Source: an uncultured Acidobacteriota bacterium
GTDB lineage: Bacteria > Acidobacteriota > UBA6911
DNA: 64,000 nt
Direction of reading: 5' to 3'
NCBI GenBank assembly: GCA_963843575.1
Contig: CAWJKZ010000014.1
Span: forward strand, 1-64,000
In this document: piece after piece, positions 60,338-64,000 of the stretch
Layout: each line of letters begins with the position of its first letter
Position numbering within the stretch: the stretch's first letter is position 1
The notes under the pieces: model-generated
Databases searched by the model: none
Told to the model about the DNA's origin: nothing
What the model saw: the letters and a program-made list of their open reading frames with translations, nothing else
Made by a program: the position numbers and the translations under genes

Positions 60338-62854
60338 GTGTACCCGGAGGCTCGAGTGCTCCAGCGGATTCTGATTCCGAGCCTGGTCGCCGTGGCGGGG
60401 ATGGTAGGGGCCGGCGTTTCCAGAGAGCCAGGCCGAGCCGCGCCCGCCGGCTACCGCGCCAAGTACGCGGTGCCGGAAGACGGCTTATACAAGTCGCCGA
60501 TACAACTGGCCATTACCAAAGACGGCAAGCGCCTGTTCGTCGCCTGCGAGAACAGCAACGAAGTGCTCGTCGTGGATACCGCAACGCAGAAGGTGTCGGG
60601 CGCGGTGAGGGTGGGGAAGCAGCCGTTCGGCCTGGCCCTGGCTCCCAACGGGGAGGAGCTGTTTGTCGGCAGCCGTTGGGAGAACTCGGTTGCGGTAGTG
60701 GACACGACGACGCTGAAGGTGAACCGCACGCTGCCGATCGTCGATGGTCCCCGGCAGTTGTGCACGGACAAGAGCGGCAGGTTCCTGTTTGCCACGAGCA
60801 TCACGACCAACGGCATAGACGTGGTCGATGCCGCGGCCGGGACGCAGGTGAAAGTGCTGGAAGGGGGCTCGGCGCCGTTTGGGGTGGCGCTGGCGCCTGA
60901 CGGCAGATACCTGTACGTCTCCAATCAGATGTCGAATCCGGTCAAGATGCGCGCCCCGCCGGTGCTCGAGTTGACGGTTGTCGACACGAGGGACCAGATC
61001 GTGGTTGGGCGACGCAACCTGGATTCGACGGTCATCGGCCAGGGGATCGCGGTCTCGCCCGATAACCAGTTCGTGGTAGTCGCGCTGGAATTGCCGAAGA
61101 ACCTGATCCCCGAGACGCAGGTCTACCAGGGCTGGATGGTGACGCACGGCTTCGCGGTCGCGGAGGCGGGACCGCGGGGGAGGGTGGCCTATCTGCTGCT
61201 CGACGACATGAACGCCTACTATGCCGACCCGTTCGGGATTGCGTTCTCCCCGGACGGCCGCCGGCTCTACATCTCGTCGAGCGGCGTCGACCTCGTCTCG
61301 GTGGTCGATTTCGATCGGTTGCGGGCGTTGTTGAAGGTCTCCGGCGGTAAGATCGGGATCTCCGACGAAGCCGTCCGGCTCAATGCCCGGCACCTGGCGC
61401 TCAGTTCGGAATACGTCGAGGCGCGGATCCCGACCGGAAACAATCCGAAGGGTCTCGTGGTCTCGCCGGACGGCATGCGCGTCTACGTGGCCAACAGGCT
61501 GTCGGACAACATCACGGTCATCGATGCGGCCGCCGGGAAGGTGGCCGGGCTGATCGATCTCGGCGGCCCCAGGGTGGCCACGGCGCTCCGGCGCGGTGAG
61601 AGGCTGTTCAACTACAGCACGATCAGCTTCCAGCGGCAGCTGAGCTGCAACACCTGCCACCCCGAATACCACCTGGACGGCCTGATGTACGACATCGTCG
61701 GGCCGGGCGACCGCATGGGCGAGAACCTCGTCGATAATCGCACCCAGCGCGGCATTGCCGACACGGGCCCGTTCAAATGGAATGGCAAGAACCCGACGCT
61801 GGCGCGCCAGGACGGCCCGCGGGCGGCGATGCTGTTTTTCCGTTCTCACGGTTTCGAGCAGGACGAGCTGCGGGACGTTGTCCAGTTTGTCGAATCCATC
61901 GAGCTCAGACCCAGCCGCTACCTGGCCGGCGACGGCGTGCTGAACGAGTTCCAGGAGGAGGGGAGGAACTACTTCGAGCGCGCGTTCACTACCGACGGAC
62001 GTTACATTCCGGCGGCGAACCGGTGCATCACCTGCCATCGGCCGCCGCGGTACACCGACCAGCACTCGTTCGACGTGGGTACGAAGGCGGACCACGACGT
62101 CGAGAGCGCTTTCGACACTCCGCAGCTGGGAAACGTCTGGGAAGGCGCCCCCTACCTGCACGACGGCCGCTGTTACAGCCTCGAGGAGATCTGGACGCTC
62201 TTCAACCCGTATGACCTGCACGGCGCCACCAACGACATGGACAAGCGCCAGCTCAACACCCTGATCGAGTACATCAAGACCCTGACCGTTGCGGAGCCGA
62301 TGACCGACAAGGAGTACCTTGCGACGTTGTGGCCCCCGGCGGCGCTGGCCCCCAGCCACTTTAGCGTGGCAGGCCTGACCGCCCCCGTGATCCCGGAGGC
62401 AAAGTACGTCGGGAACCAAGTGTGCGCGGGCTGCCACGTGAAACAGCACAAGGTGTGGATCTCCACCAAGCACGCGCGAACCTGGGTCATGCTGAGCAGC
62501 GGTGCCGCTGCCGTGGTCGCCGAGGACGCCGGGATTAGGACCGCGGCGCCGCAGTACGAGAGCTTCTGCCTCAAGTGCCACGGCACGGCCGGCGACGTCG
62601 CGCCGGAGAGCCGGGCGGCCAATTTCCACATCGAGGAAGGGGTGCAGTGCGAGCACTGTCACGGTCCCGGGGAACGTTATGCAAAGGCCGAGGTGATGAG
62701 GGACAAGCCGAAGGCCCTCGGCCTCGGCCTGAGGATCCCGGAAAAGCCGGATTACTGCCTTGGCTGTCACGCTCCGAAGCCGTCCCACGCGAAGCTCGGC
62801 AAACCCCCATTCGACCCGAAGACCGCGTGGGAGAAGATCAAGCATCCGAAGTGA
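60338..62854 (+). CDS. Hydrazine synthase beta/gamma-like fusion with C-terminal tetraheme c554-type domain (6 CxxCH)
   Basis: YVTN-type propeller (PKNLIPETQVYQGW), CcP/MauG-like diheme (CNTCH, CITCH, FDTP.L, PYLHDG, DLHG), then CAGCH, CLKCH, GVQCEHCHGPG, CLGCH. Confidence 0.82.
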   Translation: MYPEARVLQRILIPSLVAVAGMVGAGVSREPGRAAPAGYRAKYAVPEDGLYKSPIQLAITKDGKRLFVACENSNEVLVVDTATQKVSGAVRVGKQPFGLALAPNGEELFVGSRWENSVAVVDTTTLKVNRTLPIVDGPRQLCTDKSGRFLFATSITTNGIDVVDAAAGTQVKVLEGGSAPFGVALAPDGRYLYVSNQMSNPVKMRAPPVLELTVVDTRDQIVVGRRNLDSTVIGQGIAVSPDNQFVVVALELPKNLIPETQVYQGWMVTHGFAVAEAGPRGRVAYLLLDDMNAYYADPFGIAFSPDGRRLYISSSGVDLVSVVDFDRLRALLKVSGGKIGISDEAVRLNARHLALSSEYVEARIPTGNNPKGLVVSPDGMRVYVANRLSDNITVIDAAAGKVAGLIDLGGPRVATALRRGERLFNYSTISFQRQLSCNTCHPEYHLDGLMYDIVGPGDRMGENLVDNRTQRGIADTGPFKWNGKNPTLARQDGPRAAMLFFRSHGFEQDELRDVVQFVESIELRPSRYLAGDGVLNEFQEEGRNYFERAFTTDGRYIPAANRCITCHRPPRYTDQHSFDVGTKADHDVESAFDTPQLGNVWEGAPYLHDGRCYSLEEIWTLFNPYDLHGATNDMDKRQLNTLIEYIKTLTVAEPMTDKEYLATLWPPAALAPSHFSVAGLTAPVIPEAKYVGNQVCAGCHVKQHKVWISTKHARTWVMLSSGAAAVVAEDAGIRTAAPQYESFCLKCHGTAGDVAPESRAANFHIEEGVQCEHCHGPGERYAKAEVMRDKPKALGLGLRIPEKPDYCLGCHAPKPSHAKLGKPPFDPKTAWEKIKHPK

Positions 62855-62868
62855 CGGGAGGTCCCGCG

Positions 62869-64000
62869 ATGATTCGATTCAAGCCTGTGGCCTGTGTTGC
62901 GCTGTTCTGTTGCCTGACCGCGCCTGTCGCGCGACACCGGGCATCGTGGTTGAGCGCGGCCGAGGACCCTCTCCCGAGGGTGTACACCCAGTGGCAGTCG
63001 TTTCACAAGGACGACGGGCTCCCCTCGGACAAAGTCTACTGCGTCGCGGTGGACCGGGACCGCATCTGGGCCGGCACGGATCACGGTCTCGCCCTCTACG
63101 AGGACGGGAAGTGGACCTCGTTCGGCGTGGAGGACGGCCTGGCCTTTCCGGCCGTCCTGTGCCTGGCCGTCGACCCGGTGACCCGCGACGTCTGGGCCGG
63201 GACCATGAAAGGGCTCAACCGCATCTCGGCCGGGCGTTTCGAGACTTTCACCCAGTTCAACAGCGGCCTGCCCAACGACGTGGTTTTCGGAGTCTGCATG
63301 GAGAATCAGAACGTCTGGGTCGCCACCACCAACGGGACCGCGCGCTTCCACGTGAAGGATAAGAAGTTTGATGTATACACACCCGCCAACTCGCCCCAGC
63401 ACGAGCCATGGGGCTATTTCGTCACCTCGGGCGACGGCAAGGTATACGCCGCGCTTTGGGGTGGCGGCGTGCTCGAGTTCGACCTCGCCTCGGAGCAGTG
63501 GAAGTCCTACCTCGATCCGGACGGGGAGATGGAGGTCGACATCCTGCGCGACGACGGGCTCATCCACGTGATCACCACGAGTGTGGCTTACGTGGACAAG
63601 ATCCTGTGGGTGACGACCTACTTCGGCATGAGCCGCTACGACGGCCGGCACTGGCGGGGGTATATCGAGGGGGACTCGGGCCTGCCCAGCAATTTCATCA
63701 ACCTCGTCAAGGCCAAGGGCCGCGTCGCCTGGGTCTCTACGGACCGGGGGCTCGGGGTGGTGAACGGGGACACCAACCGTTGGGTCAGCTACGTGCCCGT
63801 CGACCCGCTGTGGAGTCACACCCGCATGCCGTCGCTCACCGACCGCGGTCCGATGGAGGGGACCAAGGGGTGGGAGGCCAGGATTTACGACGACAGCAAA
63901 CTGATCGACACGGTGAAGCTGGAGCACGGTCTGGCCAACAATCACATCTATGGCGTCGACTTCCAGGGCGAGGTCGTGTGGGTGGCGACCTCCAAGGGCA
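62869..64000 (+). CDS. Secreted two-component-regulator-type beta-propeller protein (runs off window)
   Basis: GGAGG RBS, signal peptide, repeated DGLPSD.V / SGLPND.V / WxGTxxGL motifs; open to the window end. Confidence 0.85.
   Translation, partial: MIRFKPVACVALFCCLTAPVARHRASWLSAAEDPLPRVYTQWQSFHKDDGLPSDKVYCVAVDRDRIWAGTDHGLALYEDGKWTSFGVEDGLAFPAVLCLAVDPVTRDVWAGTMKGLNRISAGRFETFTQFNSGLPNDVVFGVCMENQNVWVATTNGTARFHVKDKKFDVYTPANSPQHEPWGYFVTSGDGKVYAALWGGGVLEFDLASEQWKSYLDPDGEMEVDILRDDGLIHVITTSVAYVDKILWVTTYFGMSRYDGRHWRGYIEGDSGLPSNFINLVKAKGRVAWVSTDRGLGVVNGDTNRWVSYVPVDPLWSHTRMPSLTDRGPMEGTKGWEARIYDDSKLIDTVKLEHGLANNHIYGVDFQGEVVWVATSKG

Overview
High-GC bacterial chromosome segment, most consistent with an Acidobacteriota genome (gene-content inference: 'MIGKTISHYRI' Ser/Thr kinase-TPR, TonB-C proteins, DUF4159, CRTAC1/UnbV protein). 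Many genes carry single-base frameshifts, probably long-read assembly errors. Positions 1-6359 are the right end of a prophage or phage-like element integrated at tRNA-Asp. It carries DnaB, a replication initiator, two HNH nucleases and a Cys-rich gp88-like gene, and its first ~1.26 kb has a very unusual palindrome-saturated composition. Positions 6.8-56.6 kb are mostly ordinary host genes: transporters, sugar epimerases, peptidases, an ECF sigma/anti-sigma pair, an Hsp70-like protein, ettA, dapF and ccsA-hemA-hemC-hemD. They also include a ~1860-aa single-chain, eukaryote-style acyl-CoA carboxylase, several nested MITE/REP-like repeats and a candidate structured RNA upstream of dapF. The most notable system is at 56.8-64 kb: a secreted operon with a hydrazine synthase alpha-like subunit and a fused beta-gamma-like subunit carrying an extra tetraheme c554-type domain. 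It appears to have altered active-site residues, sits in a non-anammox background, and is divergent from the heme biosynthesis/cytochrome c maturation operon. All family assignments are from motif recognition by eye; no searches were run.
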